64,000 nucleotides of DNA from Dicyema japonicum (lineage: Eukaryota > Animalia > Dicyemida): contig RDEW01000033.1 in the NCBI GenBank assembly GCA_011109175.1, forward strand, positions 596,207 to 660,206, read 5' to 3'. The notes beneath the pieces are model-generated. The model ran no database searches, was not told the origin of the DNA, and was given only the letters and a program-made list of their open reading frames with translations. Of the stretch, positions 63,521 to 64,000 are shown in pieces; the first letter of the stretch is position 1; every line of letters begins with the position of its first letter. Both the position numbers and the translations under genes were made by a program.

Positions 63521-64000
63521 AGTGACTGCCTTGTGCTTGATGAGAATTTGTCAATTCCTTTATGTCAGCTTCCATAGTTGACAAACTTAGTCTCAAATCT
63601 CCTCTATTCACAATTTTTAATTAATTAATTTATTTTTTTAATTTATTTTTTTGACTTTAGCTTCAAAGTCATATTTCAGATTTAATAAATTTTCTGTTAT
63701 TTCTGTAGAAAAGTAGCATTTTCAGCTTCAAATGGATTTATTTACGGAATCTAAAAATTTAAATTTTCTAAATCATTAAAGCGAATTTGTATGTCGTCCC
63801 TTAACTTTTTTAGATGCAAACAGTAACATTCACAGTCTGAATCCGTTAATTTTTTCAACCCAAACAATATTATTGCGAAGTATAAACCCCAAATTTTTGT
63901 AGACTTGAAAAATTAATAAAAATCTTTTTTTAATCTTGTTTTTATGGAGCACTAATTTTTCAATAAAAGGCATGATAATTCCTTTTCATCAATAAAGGCA

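Noticed and set aside
1-64000. CRISPR arrays, rRNA genes, prokaryotic operons
   Set aside because: No regularly spaced repeats or rRNA motifs. The gene structure is spliceosomal and eukaryotic.

Overview
Eukaryotic nuclear DNA, AT-rich between genes and roughly half transposon-derived. I could decode nine host genes by hand, eight of them split by very short GT-AG introns (21-29 nt; more than 60 read by eye): an ankyrin-repeat gene, PP6 catalytic subunit, DNAJC17/Cwc23-like (no intron needed), Rad17, kinesin-5, myosin IE/F-like, a TARBP2/PACT-like dsRBD gene, Rrp6/EXOSC10 and SNW1/Prp45. There is also a disabled RtcB copy and at least one unidentified coiled-coil gene. The protein families look animal-like. 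Together with the intron size this best fits a dicyemid mesozoan (inference only). Between genes lie decayed non-LTR retrotransposons (RTE-like, BovB-like, CRE-like, R4/Dong-like and an APE-RT family whose ORF2 ends in GIT-stop), hAT/Buster relics, and a tRNA-headed SINE present in four copies, each with target-site duplications. The most notable unexplained signals are: (1) strong over-representation of CACGTG inside host genes; (2) a covarying 3'-terminal stem-loop shared by nine LINE ends; (3) an intact reverse-transcriptase-less CCHC plus restriction-like endonuclease ORF with host-gene-like upstream sequence; (4) the SINE family with an exchangeable head and a conserved core; (5) decay of RtcB. 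Isolated 1-nt indels in otherwise intact genes are most likely assembly errors. All counts and alignments were done by eye.
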